Source: an uncultured bacterium (GTDB lineage Bacteria > Patescibacteriota > Minisyncoccia > Phycocordibacterales > PALSA-1337). Taken from it: DNA of 64,000 nt. Shown here piece after piece: positions 8,267 through 17,997 of this stretch (its first letter is position 1; each line of letters opens with the position of its first letter). The position numbers and the translations under genes are program-made. The DNA lies in assembly GCA_903839725.1 (NCBI GenBank), contig CAIMDG010000002.1:241117-305116 (forward strand). The letters run 5' to 3'. Below the pieces are notes generated by a model, which did no database searches, was not told the origin of the DNA, and was given only the letters and a program-made list of their open reading frames with translations.

Positions 8267-9793
8267 ATGGCAATTGCAAAAACATATACAGCTCAACTCA
8301 ATGGACTTGAAACTGAAATCATAACTGTTGAAGTAGACATAACAAATGGTCTCCATGCATTTTCAGTCGTTGGTATGGGTGACAGATCAGTAACAGAAGC
8401 CAAAGATCGCATATCAGCAGCAATAAAAAATAGTGAGTACACATCTCCGAAACAGAAAAATCAAAAAGTTGTCATATCACTTGCGCCCGCGGATCTGAAG
8501 AAGGAAGGAACCAATTTTGATCTTGCGATGGCAATAGCATATCTTTCAGCTGCGCATGAAATAGATTTTGACCCTGAACACACACTAATTCTTGGAGAAT
8601 TATCACTGGAAGGTCATGTAACTAAAATCCATGGTATTTTACCTATTCTCTGTAAGGCTCCAGAATACGGCTTTACGTCTGTATTTATACCAGAAAAAAA
8701 TAGTACTGAGGCTTCCTTGGCACGAGATATAACAATATATCCAGTCAATTCATTACAGGAAATTATACATCATATTTCTGGAACACAAATTATTAAAGCG
8801 CTCGAACATTCTCAATATAGTGATCATGCGACAGATAGTGCACATATCGACATGAAAACAATTCGAGGTAATGAGGTTGCGAAAAGGGGATTAGAAATTG
8901 CTGCAGCCGGTGGACACAATGTCATCATGTATGGACCGCCAGGTACAGGAAAGACTATGCTGGCACAAAGTTTTGCATCAATACTTCCTGCATTGTCATA
9001 TGAACATGCTGTTGAAGTTACAGGGATACATTCAGCCGCTCGTACACTACAAAATAATCTCATCTACAATCCACCATTTCGAGCGCCCCACCACACAGCC
9101 TCGTACCCATCGATTGTTGGTGGTGGAATCATTCCCAAACCAGGAGAGATAACATTAGCTCACCGAGGCGTGCTATTTGCCGATGAATTTCCGGAATTTG
9201 ATCGAAAAGTTATAGAGGCATTACGGCAACCTCTTGAAAATGGAACAATAACAATCTCTCGAGCACGTGGCGTGATAACATTTCCTGCACAATGCATCTT
9301 GATAGCTTCGATGAATCCTTGTCCTTGCGGAAAAAGTGGCACAAAAGAATGTTCGTGTTCACAACACACCATCGAAAACTACCGACGCAAAATTTCTGGA
9401 CCGATTGCTGATCGTATTGATATATGGCTCAACGTTGAGAAGGTGGATTATGAAAAACTAGCAGCAAAAGTACATATATCTGAATCTTCAGAATCGATAC
9501 GGAAAAGAGTTACTGTATGTCGTTCTCGGCAGTTCGAAAGATTTAGAAAATACAAGATAAAGAAAACATACAATAGCGAACTTTCCGCAGCTGATATAGA
9601 AACATGTGTACACATTGAAGATGGGGCCCGCTCTATATTAGCAGTATCTGCAGAAAAGCTTGAACTATCCGGCAGAGCATTCCACAGAATTATCAAAGTA
9701 GCACAAACTATAGCTGATCTAGAACAAAAAGAAATAATCTCCAAGGAACATATACTTGAAGCCCTACAATATAGACGCAAAATATCAAACTAG
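8267..9793 (+). CDS. comM: YifB/ComM-family Mg-chelatase-like AAA+ ATPase
   Basis: Lon-protease-like N-domain, Walker A MYGPPGTGKTMLA, C-terminal Mg-chelatase subunit ChlI-like domain; 508 aa. Confidence 0.9.
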   Translation: MAIAKTYTAQLNGLETEIITVEVDITNGLHAFSVVGMGDRSVTEAKDRISAAIKNSEYTSPKQKNQKVVISLAPADLKKEGTNFDLAMAIAYLSAAHEIDFDPEHTLILGELSLEGHVTKIHGILPILCKAPEYGFTSVFIPEKNSTEASLARDITIYPVNSLQEIIHHISGTQIIKALEHSQYSDHATDSAHIDMKTIRGNEVAKRGLEIAAAGGHNVIMYGPPGTGKTMLAQSFASILPALSYEHAVEVTGIHSAARTLQNNLIYNPPFRAPHHTASYPSIVGGGIIPKPGEITLAHRGVLFADEFPEFDRKVIEALRQPLENGTITISRARGVITFPAQCILIASMNPCPCGKSGTKECSCSQHTIENYRRKISGPIADRIDIWLNVEKVDYEKLAAKVHISESSESIRKRVTVCRSRQFERFRKYKIKKTYNSELSAADIETCVHIEDGARSILAVSAEKLELSGRAFHRIIKVAQTIADLEQKEIISKEHILEALQYRRKISN

Positions 9794-10878
9794 AATGGAT
9801 TCTTGGCACCTCTAATCTCAAAGTGAACGTGTGAGCCAGTTGAGTTTCCGGTAGAGCCCATGAGAGCGATATTCTGACCCTGCTTCACATAGTCACCTGC
9901 ATGAACAATGTTCTTTGAAAGGTGAGCATACACAGTCTGAGTACCATTTGGATGAGCAATAATAATAAAATTACCATATCCTCCATGCCAACCAGAATTA
10001 AATGCACTTACTATGACAGTTCCTTCTGCTGCAGCATATATAGGAGTACCTATTGGTGCAGCAAGATCAATACCATTATATCCGTGCAGACCTTGAGTCT
10101 TTCTACCACCGACGATCGGACGAATATAATATCCTGAATATGATGGGCCATTTGTACCATGAGCAATATTACCTGAAGAAACGGTTTTTGAAGAAGGTGG
10201 CTGGACCTGAAGTTCAGCATCAGGAATAATAACTGTTTGACCAATAGCGAGAGGGGATGTGAGAGTCAAATCATTATACTGAAGGACTTCAGTAAGATCC
10301 GCTTTGTAGATAGAGACAATACCTTTAATAGTATCTCCCTTCTTTACCGTATAACTAATTCCTGACACAGGCAAAATAATAAGTGTCTGACCTGTCTTGA
10401 GTGGAGAAGATCGTGAAATACCTAAATCTGAGTTTGACCACACAATAGTATTTACTGAAACATCAAACATCTTCGCAATAGTCGATAAAGTATCGCCATC
10501 ACGAACTACATATATACTAACCTGAGTATTTACTGAATCATTTGCGATAATTGGATCCGTGATTGAAATATCAGCAACAAGAATTTGACTATCACTGACT
10601 GGAATACTATCTGATGACTTTTCAACAATTTGATCATGATTAACTGTTGCCTGGAGAAGGGCAATAGTCTGTGAATTGGGATATTGTATCAAAGGCTGTA
10701 CTTTTGCAGATGCTTCCTGACCTTCAAATATCGATGAAATGAAAGAAAAAAGACCGGCGTGTGCGGTCATTGGGTATAAAAAGGGGACAAGTACAGGAAT
10801 AATAAAAAGAACTGTTCCTGTCATAGAACGCTTGAATAGACGGCTATATTTGGTTGCGAGAATGGTCTTGAATTTCAT
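9790..10878 (-). CDS. M23 family metallopeptidase with tandem LysM domains (cell-wall hydrolase)
   Basis: LysM motifs (DGDTLSTIAKMF; KKGDTIKGIVSIY) and an M23 core (HGYNGIDLAAP ... HVHFEIR). Start set at MKFKT (10878) ahead of a signal/TM segment; the ORF track extends to 11148, and an alternative start is 10824. Confidence 0.75.
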   Translation of the reverse strand: MKFKTILATKYSRLFKRSMTGTVLFIIPVLVPFLYPMTAHAGLFSFISSIFEGQEASAKVQPLIQYPNSQTIALLQATVNHDQIVEKSSDSIPVSDSQILVADISITDPIIANDSVNTQVSIYVVRDGDTLSTIAKMFDVSVNTIVWSNSDLGISRSSPLKTGQTLIILPVSGISYTVKKGDTIKGIVSIYKADLTEVLQYNDLTLTSPLAIGQTVIIPDAELQVQPPSSKTVSSGNIAHGTNGPSYSGYYIRPIVGGRKTQGLHGYNGIDLAAPIGTPIYAAAEGTVIVSAFNSGWHGGYGNFIIIAHPNGTQTVYAHLSKNIVHAGDYVKQGQNIALMGSTGNSTGSHVHFEIRGAKNPF

Positions 10879-11168
10879 AACAAAACTAGAGTTTTTGCAA
10901 ATCGTACATACTTCCTTTTTCGATACTCTAGGTAGGGCTCCCAATAAATTAAATGGCTCTGTAAAGCCATTATAATGGGTGCATCCCGAGGGGTGCTCTA
11001 CTAGCCTATCAAGCTCACAAACATTGTCAATCGGGGCTATACACAGCCACAAATAATGACTTACTGTCAATTTTTGTTGTAGCAAATTGAATGTTGCCCG
11101 TGAGTTAGAGTGAGGAGGTTGTTTGTGTGTTCCTGATTGAGATGACAACGGTTAATGGGTTGACTGTT

Positions 11169-11297
11169 GGAGCGAGGTGGCACATATACCCACATGAAAC
11201 AATTCCCAGCGGGATATCGTCCCATTACACTATTCTTTAGGCACTGACTTACTATCGTAACAGATGTTTCATGTGGGTATATGTGACACCTCGCTCC
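11169..11297 (+). repeat. Family-1 structured repeat, copy B: a 33-bp inverted repeat (one G.A mismatch) enclosing a 63-nt conserved core
   Basis: 5' arm ggagcgaggtggcacatatacccacatgaaaca, 3' arm tgtttcatgtgggtatatgtgacacctcgctcc. Core: aACAATTCCCAGCGGGATATCGTCccattacactattctTTAGGCACtgacttactatcgtaacagatgtttc. Confidence 0.7.
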
Positions 11298-11360
11298 ATA
11301 TTAAGAATTAAAAACAACTTTTATTACTCTACACCGCAGGCACATGGTATGATGCTCTTC

Positions 11361-13298
11361 ATGTCCACACTCAATAATGAACAACAACGAGCCATTGAAA
11401 CAACCGATGGACCAGTCCTTATCATTGCCGGAGCAGGATCAGGCAAAACACGCGTCATCACTCATCGAATACAGAACCTCATCAGAAAAGGTGTCGCTCC
11501 GCACGCTATTCTTGCTATAACATTCACCAATAAAGCCGCGAAAGAGATGCGCGAGCGAGTTCATGCCCTACTTTCAGAAGATTCGGGCTTGAATAGACCA
11601 GTATCAATGAGTGACCGACCATTTGTGAGTACATTTCACGCACTTGGTGTTCACATTATCCGTGAAAATGCCGCACTTCTTGGGCTCACACGACATTTCA
11701 CTATATATGACCGATCTGATTCACGTCGTGCCATCAAAGATGCTATGGAAAAGTGTTCAGTTGATCCAAAACAGTTCGAACCGGGTACTGTATTGAATCT
11801 CATATCACGCGCAAAAGGAGATGGTAGAACATTTCTCGAATACAAAGATTTTGCAAAAGGGTATACCGAGGAAATAGTTGCTCAAGTGTGGGAAAAGTAT
11901 GATGCCATCTTGGCAAAAGAGAAATCTTTAGACTTCGACGACTTGCTCTTGAAGGCCGCACGACTTCTCGCTGAGAATAAAACAGTGCGTGCACACTATC
12001 ATAACGTATGGAAATACATTCACATCGATGAATATCAAGATACGAACCGCGTGCAGTATCAAATTGCTAAATTTCTTGTTAGCGAAAGTCAGAATATTTG
12101 CGTCGTAGGAGATGCTGATCAAAATATTTATAGTTGGCGTGGTGCTACAATCGAAAATATTCTCAATTTTGAAAAGGATTATCCTAACACAACAGTTATT
12201 ACACTCGAAAAAAATTATCGTTCAACAAAAACAATTCTTGCAGCGGCAAATAATGTTATTGAATTAAATACATTACGCAAAAAGAAGACACTGTACACGG
12301 ACAATGCCGATGGCGACAAAATAACTATGATCGCTTCATATACAGAACTCGATGAAGCCCGTTCGATCGCTGATACAGCACGGGAGATTATGGAGAAGGG
12401 TACATCTGCACGACAGATTGCTGTATTGTATCGAGCAAATTTCCAATCACGCGCAATTGAAGAGGCCTTCATCAAGAAAAATATTCCGTATCAACTCGTC
12501 GGTGTTCGATTCTTCGAGAGAAAAGAAATTAAAGACATACTTTCATATATTCGTGCTGCCTTGAACCCTGAAAGTACCACTGATCTAGCTCGCATCATCA
12601 ATGTTCCTGCGCGAGGAATAGGGAAGGTTACCATCGCAAAAATAGTAGCTGGACAAGAATCAACATTACCAAGTGCTACCCGTGAAAAAATAGCCCAGTT
12701 TAGGCGTATTCTGGCTGATATTCATGCGGAGTTGCTCAGCAAAAAACCATCTGAATCCGTGCGTTTTGTGATTCAGGAAACTGGAATAGAAAAACTACTT
12801 CGCAATGGTGACAGTGAGGATGAAGAGCGTTTACTTAACATACAAGAATTGGTTTCTGTAGCTGCACAATATGACCACCTCACTCCAGAAGAGGGTATCG
12901 AATCACTTCTTTCGAATGCTGCGCTCGCAAGTGATCAAGATGATCTCCAGAAAGATGAAGACGCAGTGAAACTCATGACGGTACACGCTTCGAAAGGTCT
13001 CGAATTCGAATACGTATTCATCGCAGGACTTGAACAGGATCTTTTTCCATTCAAGCACATGGATGAAGCAGAGGTGAGTCGCGCCGAAGAGGAAGAAGAG
13101 CGCAGATTGTTCTATGTGGCACTCACTCGTGCAAAGAAAAAAGTATATTTAAGCCATACGATTATACGTACAGTGTATGGAGCACAACGTGTGAACAATC
13201 CGTCTGAATTTATCGGCAATATAAACAAAGATTTAATTGACGAACCTTCATCGCCACAAAAACCAAGTGGGGCTAAGGCGTTATTTATTGATTTTTAG
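11361..13298 (+). CDS. pcrA: ATP-dependent DNA helicase PcrA/UvrD (SF1)
   Basis: MSTLNNEQQRAIE start, Walker A AGAGSGKTRV, helicase motifs through VTRAKKKVYL. The ORF-track start at 11271 runs into the repeat stem, so start is set at 11361; 11344 is also possible. Confidence 0.9.
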   Translation: MSTLNNEQQRAIETTDGPVLIIAGAGSGKTRVITHRIQNLIRKGVAPHAILAITFTNKAAKEMRERVHALLSEDSGLNRPVSMSDRPFVSTFHALGVHIIRENAALLGLTRHFTIYDRSDSRRAIKDAMEKCSVDPKQFEPGTVLNLISRAKGDGRTFLEYKDFAKGYTEEIVAQVWEKYDAILAKEKSLDFDDLLLKAARLLAENKTVRAHYHNVWKYIHIDEYQDTNRVQYQIAKFLVSESQNICVVGDADQNIYSWRGATIENILNFEKDYPNTTVITLEKNYRSTKTILAAANNVIELNTLRKKKTLYTDNADGDKITMIASYTELDEARSIADTAREIMEKGTSARQIAVLYRANFQSRAIEEAFIKKNIPYQLVGVRFFERKEIKDILSYIRAALNPESTTDLARIINVPARGIGKVTIAKIVAGQESTLPSATREKIAQFRRILADIHAELLSKKPSESVRFVIQETGIEKLLRNGDSEDEERLLNIQELVSVAAQYDHLTPEEGIESLLSNAALASDQDDLQKDEDAVKLMTVHASKGLEFEYVFIAGLEQDLFPFKHMDEAEVSRAEEEEERRLFYVALTRAKKKVYLSHTIIRTVYGAQRVNNPSEFIGNINKDLIDEPSSPQKPSGAKALFIDF

Positions 13299-13308
13299 TT
13301 TAGTGGGT

Positions 13309-13427
13309 AAGCAAGCCCCACAACATGACTGCGGAGAGACACGGATATTTTTTTGCTGAAAAATTCCTAGTGCTCGCGCCAGTCGCGCTCGCAATGTCCC
13401 TATGTGGTAATGTTGTAGGGCTTGCTT
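13309..13427 (+). repeat. Family-2 GC-rich structured repeat, copy 2: an 18-bp inverted repeat (aagcaagccccacaacat / atgttgtagggcttgctt, one C.A mismatch that is G.U on the opposite strand) enclosing the core
   Basis: Core acggatattt...GCTGAAAAATTCCTAGTGCTCGCgCCAGTCgcGCTCGCAatgtcc matches the reverse complement of 6049-6127. Confidence 0.6.
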
Positions 13428-13452
13428 TCGTTTCACTAATACGTAATTATCA

Positions 13453-14271
13453 ATGGTATCGATGGAATTATTTGCAAAAAAATCTTTGGGGCAGCATTTT
13501 TTGAATTCAACACATGTATTGGATCAGATTATTGAGGCTGCACACATACAAAAAGGGGAGACTGTTCTTGAAATCGGACCGGGGACAGGCGTCCTTACAA
13601 AAAGATTGCTTGAAACTGGAGCAAAGGTCGTCACTATTGAAAAAGATGTGCGAGCTGAAGAGGTTCTCCGATCAAAATTTGAGGAAGAATTGAAAAGTGG
13701 GCAACTTACGCCCATTCAAGGAGATGTTTTAAGCGAAAACGTATTAGATTCCTATTTAAATAAAGAAAAATTAGCAGCATACGCGCTTGTTGCTAATATT
13801 CCGTACTACATCACTGGTGCGATACTAGAAAAATTCCTCGAGCATGAACCCCGACCTGATCGTATGGTACTTTTGGTACAAAAAGAAGTCGCTGAAAGAA
13901 TCGTGGCTCGGGATGCCAAAGAAAGTATCCTTTCTATTTCGGTCAAAGCATTTGGTATGCCGAAACTTGTCGCAAAAGTACCTCGCGGAGCTTTTACACC
14001 ACCACCAACAGTTGATTCGGCAATTCTATCAATTGAAAATATCAATGATACACTCTTTACACAAAAAAACGTTGTGATATCAAGGTTTTTTGAGATAGTT
14101 CGAGCTGGGTTTGCCCATAAGAGAAAGTATGTTATCCGAAATTTGGAGGCTACTGCGACACAAGAATCGCTCAAAAAGGCTTGGGAATACACACAATTTG
14201 ATCCAAAAAAGCGAGCTGAAGATATCACGCCCGCTCAATGGATAGAAATAGCTAGTCAACTCGGAAAATAA
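13453..14271 (+). CDS. rsmA: 16S rRNA (adenine1518/1519-N6)-dimethyltransferase
   Basis: LGQHFL motif, VLEIGPGTGVLT SAM-binding motif, NIPYYIT motif. Confidence 0.9.
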   Translation: MVSMELFAKKSLGQHFLNSTHVLDQIIEAAHIQKGETVLEIGPGTGVLTKRLLETGAKVVTIEKDVRAEEVLRSKFEEELKSGQLTPIQGDVLSENVLDSYLNKEKLAAYALVANIPYYITGAILEKFLEHEPRPDRMVLLVQKEVAERIVARDAKESILSISVKAFGMPKLVAKVPRGAFTPPPTVDSAILSIENINDTLFTQKNVVISRFFEIVRAGFAHKRKYVIRNLEATATQESLKKAWEYTQFDPKKRAEDITPAQWIEIASQLGK

Positions 14272-14280
14272 GAAGATATC

Positions 14281-15348
14281 TTATGACGAACCGAGGAATG
14301 GAGTAATCCAACCTTCATTTGGATAAGGGATGCATGAATATCCTACGGTCATATAACACATTTGAGTACCTATTTGGTATTTGCCCAACAACTGAGTAGC
14401 TCCCAATGCGGAATATGTCATATACATCTGAGTACCCATTGTGTAAGAAAGTAACACAGGGAATGTTGGGGGAAGTGGACTCATATAAATCAACCATACA
14501 TCGCCACTACAGGTACAATACACTGTTGAAGAAATGAGAGGGGTTCCAAAATCTGTACCAGTTTGAGCTACAGCTGTATTTGGAGAAAAGAATGTTACTA
14601 ATTTTGTAAGAGAATCCTGCATAATACCTGCGACTCCGGTTGGTTTTGTATTTGCTTTAGCCATATTTTTCCTTGCGAGTTCAACAAATTTCTCACGCAT
14701 ATTGGTCGTAGTTGAAAGATCTTTGAGTACTTGATTCTTCAGGTCAGTAGACAATGGTGGTAGCCCTTGTTTTGCAGCGATAGCATTTGTTGCTGCAAAC
14801 ATTTCATCTACATGTGCCAAATTGGGATTTGTATAATCAATTGTAGAAGCTGAACCAGGTTGTGAAGGGGTGGTTTGTGGAACAAATGTGGTTTCATTTG
14901 GTAGGTCCTTAACCAATCCTTGCTGAGCAAGACTAGGGGCAACATAACTGCTCCCAGGTGTGCTTGTAGGTTGTAACAGAGCCGTTTTATTGGATCTATT
15001 GAGTACTTTTATGGTTGAAGGTCCAACATATCCCGTACCAGAAGAAAGACCGTTTGGTGTCAAAATATCATTTCTATACATTTCCTGGAAACGAATGACT
15101 GCTTGTTTCGTAAGTTGACCAAAATACATACTTTCTTGACCAGGCGATCCTATACCTGAGGCACTAATTTGTGTTTTGGAATCACTATTCAGAACTTTCT
15201 GTAATTCACGGACATCACTACCAGACATCCCTACCTGTAAAGAGCGAGTGAACTGAAAATTTGACGCGTTGGCATGTTGAGCATAGACACTAGCAACACT
15301 CACGACACACATGAGTAAAAAATATGAGAATCGATTTGATATATTCAT
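14281..15348 (-). CDS. Secreted protein with a peptidoglycan-binding (PG_binding_1-like) domain
   Basis: Signal peptide MNISNRFSYFLLMCVVSVASVYA; segment LQVGMSGSDVRELQKVLN...FGQLTKQAVIRFQEMY resembles a PG-binding domain. Confidence 0.5.
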   Translation of the reverse strand: MNISNRFSYFLLMCVVSVASVYAQHANASNFQFTRSLQVGMSGSDVRELQKVLNSDSKTQISASGIGSPGQESMYFGQLTKQAVIRFQEMYRNDILTPNGLSSGTGYVGPSTIKVLNRSNKTALLQPTSTPGSSYVAPSLAQQGLVKDLPNETTFVPQTTPSQPGSASTIDYTNPNLAHVDEMFAATNAIAAKQGLPPLSTDLKNQVLKDLSTTTNMREKFVELARKNMAKANTKPTGVAGIMQDSLTKLVTFFSPNTAVAQTGTDFGTPLISSTVYCTCSGDVWLIYMSPLPPTFPVLLSYTMGTQMYMTYSALGATQLLGKYQIGTQMCYMTVGYSCIPYPNEGWITPFLGSS

Positions 15349-15447
15349 GTCTGAATTGTATCACGCTCAATTCAAAAATAGCCTGAGGAATTGTCCCCAG
15401 ATTACAAGAGAATATATGGTTTGATTCTCTGATATAATTATCCGAGT

Positions 15448-16323
15448 ATGGCGTTATCCTACCCACACAGACAAACAATTATCATTGGAGTGATATGTCT
15501 TGTTGCAATTGCAGCTGTTGCCTTTTACACTCAACGAAATAAAGCAGAGACAAATGATGCATTAGGAGTCCAGGCATCAGCAAAAGAAAATACCCGAGAC
15601 GTAACTCTTACCGCAACATCAACAAACTGGCAAAAAGACTTTTTCACTGTATCTACAAGTACAAAATCAACACAAATTTCTAAGTCAGGAAATACCACAT
15701 CTCCTACTCTTACTGACACAGTAGGGAAGGATTTCTTTACTCGATTCATGGTACTCAAGCAAGCAGGTCAAACAACTGATCAAGAGTCAGTCAAGAACGC
15801 AATGGATCAAACGATTGCAAATGCCGCTGCATCAGCTGCACAACCAAAAATATATTCTCTCAGTAACATAAAAATTTCTACAGACACAAGTCTAGATGCT
15901 ATTCATATGTATGCAAACACTGTAGGTTCAACTCTTCTTACAAACATCTCAAGACAAGATCCAACAGAAATTGCCATGAATGCTCTCGACAGACAAAACA
16001 TGGATGAACTCAAAAATATTGACCCTATTATCTCTGGCTACCAAAAAGCAATCAGTGAACTACTTCTCGTAAACGTTCCGCAAGATTTGGCGTCAAGTCA
16101 TGTTGGTATTATTAATGGACTCAGTATATTGCTGTACGTATCTCAAGGATTACGCCGTATCCAAGAAGACTCGATGCAATCAATGGTTTCATTGGGATTA
16201 TATACGACTGGCCAAGATACACTTCGAGCTTCACTTCTCGATACACAAGCGTATCTTCAGGTAAAAAATGTTCCCGTACTTTCAACAGAACCAGGATATT
16301 TATTCCTCACCATAACAAAATAA
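15448..16323 (+). CDS. Hypothetical membrane-anchored protein (first gene of the co-directional T4SS-like cluster)
   Basis: N-terminal TM helix IIIGVICLVAIAAVAFY; 291 aa. Confidence 0.4.
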   Translation: MALSYPHRQTIIIGVICLVAIAAVAFYTQRNKAETNDALGVQASAKENTRDVTLTATSTNWQKDFFTVSTSTKSTQISKSGNTTSPTLTDTVGKDFFTRFMVLKQAGQTTDQESVKNAMDQTIANAAASAAQPKIYSLSNIKISTDTSLDAIHMYANTVGSTLLTNISRQDPTEIAMNALDRQNMDELKNIDPIISGYQKAISELLLVNVPQDLASSHVGIINGLSILLYVSQGLRRIQEDSMQSMVSLGLYTTGQDTLRASLLDTQAYLQVKNVPVLSTEPGYLFLTITK

Positions 16324-16333
16324 TAGTATTACT

Positions 16334-17989
16334 ATGAAGACCTCATTCAAAAAATTTATTGCAACGATCTGTCTCATCAGTATCCTGGTTCCTTCTGTTG
16401 CATTTGTTTCATATCCGAAACCAGCAAATGCAATACTCGGGGTTCAGATTGGTACTGATTGGGATTTCAATAACATTATGGCGCACCTCAAGGATTTCGT
16501 CCTTGATAAACTCGCAGTTACGATCGCAAAACAAATCCTCCACCAACTTACCATGAGTGTCATCGACTGGATCAATGGCGGTTTCAATGGAAGTCCTTCA
16601 TTCCTCACCAACCCTCAATCATTCTTTCTTGATGCTGCAGACCAGGTAACTGGAGTATTCCTTGCATCAGAAACAACCCCTCTCAAAAACCTGTGTGGAA
16701 ACTTGGGAATAGACATCGGTTTGGCTCTCGCATATGGTCAAGTTGCACCGATAAATGCACGTTACAAATGTACACTCGGAAAGATATTTAGTAATGTTCA
16801 AAATCTTCCAAATAGAATAACTGTCCAAGGAAAAAGTCTAACCAAGTTCATGCAAGGGGACTTTTCTCAAGGTGGATGGAAAGGATTCTTGTCGCTTAGT
16901 CAAAATCCAAAAAATAATGCGACCGGAGCATATCTACGAGCACACGGGGATCTCTTAGAAGCTATTGGCATACGAAAAAATGCATTAAACAAAAAACTTG
17001 CTGATGGTAGCGGATTCCTTTCATGGGATTCATGTGAGACACTTGATGCATCTGAAGCAACAATATCACTAGGAGCATCGTCACCAAATGCTAGTTTTTC
17101 TGATCTGCAATCTAATGCTGTCCAAAATGCAAATGATAATGGGGGAGTGGGGCAAGCATCCATCGATACTGGGGATGGAACAAGTGTTCAGGCGAAACTG
17201 GATGCCAATGGAAATATGACCTATAAAGACTGTCACACGGAAACTCCAGGATCTCTCGTTTCTTCACAAATAGTAGGAGCCATGAATGTGCCCTCAGTAG
17301 AGCTTGAATTGGCAAATGATATCAATGCGGTTATCAATGCACTTATTACACAATTGATCACGCAACTCATGAGTGGAGGTCTCGGCGCTTTGAGCAAGTC
17401 TGGATCTGGAGGTGGATTGTCAGCAACTCGAAATGTCATCAGAGACCTCGAACAGAGACAGGCGCAAACAGCTGGCAGTGTAAATCTCACCGGTTCAAAT
17501 AACACTGTTGCAGCCATCAAGGCTCAGTACGACACGGCTGTAAGTCTTTTGAAGACAAGTAAAACAAACTATCAATCTGCTCGCAGTTGTTTTGCAAATA
17601 AGACAGGCTTGTCAGCAACACAACAAACGTATGCACTCAATCAAATCGCCCTTATCGATACCGCAATCAATACACGTGTAAATCCACTCTTAAATCAAAT
17701 GCTTCAAAAGCAGGCGGATCTTGCGTCCTCAATGCCTACACTGAATGTAAGTAGTACAACTGATGCACAAAATCTTGATGCACTACAGGGTCAGCTTGAT
17801 ACATTGCAAGGATCTATAGCAGGAAGCAATAGTTCGCAGGTATATCAAAGCGGTTCAAACACAACAAATACATCCTCGACAACCACCTCGGGTATTGCTG
17901 CTACTGATCTCCAGAATACGCGAACAAGCACAACACAGTTCAATGCCGAAGCTTCACAATTCTTAAACCTGTGCCTTAACCTCCGCTAA
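16334..17989 (+). CDS. Hypothetical secreted protein
   Basis: Signal peptide; 551 aa; S/T/N/Q-rich C-terminus. Confidence 0.4.
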   Translation: MKTSFKKFIATICLISILVPSVAFVSYPKPANAILGVQIGTDWDFNNIMAHLKDFVLDKLAVTIAKQILHQLTMSVIDWINGGFNGSPSFLTNPQSFFLDAADQVTGVFLASETTPLKNLCGNLGIDIGLALAYGQVAPINARYKCTLGKIFSNVQNLPNRITVQGKSLTKFMQGDFSQGGWKGFLSLSQNPKNNATGAYLRAHGDLLEAIGIRKNALNKKLADGSGFLSWDSCETLDASEATISLGASSPNASFSDLQSNAVQNANDNGGVGQASIDTGDGTSVQAKLDANGNMTYKDCHTETPGSLVSSQIVGAMNVPSVELELANDINAVINALITQLITQLMSGGLGALSKSGSGGGLSATRNVIRDLEQRQAQTAGSVNLTGSNNTVAAIKAQYDTAVSLLKTSKTNYQSARSCFANKTGLSATQQTYALNQIALIDTAINTRVNPLLNQMLQKQADLASSMPTLNVSSTTDAQNLDALQGQLDTLQGSIAGSNSSQVYQSGSNTTNTSSTTTSGIAATDLQNTRTSTTQFNAEASQFLNLCLNLR

Positions 17990-17997
17990 TATCTTTT

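Noticed and set aside
11271-11360. Upstream extension of pcrA/uvrD (ORF-track start at 11271)
   Set aside because: The extra 30 codons run through the 3' arm of family-1 copy B and do not resemble any UvrD N-terminus. The conserved MSTLNNEQQ start at 11361 was chosen.
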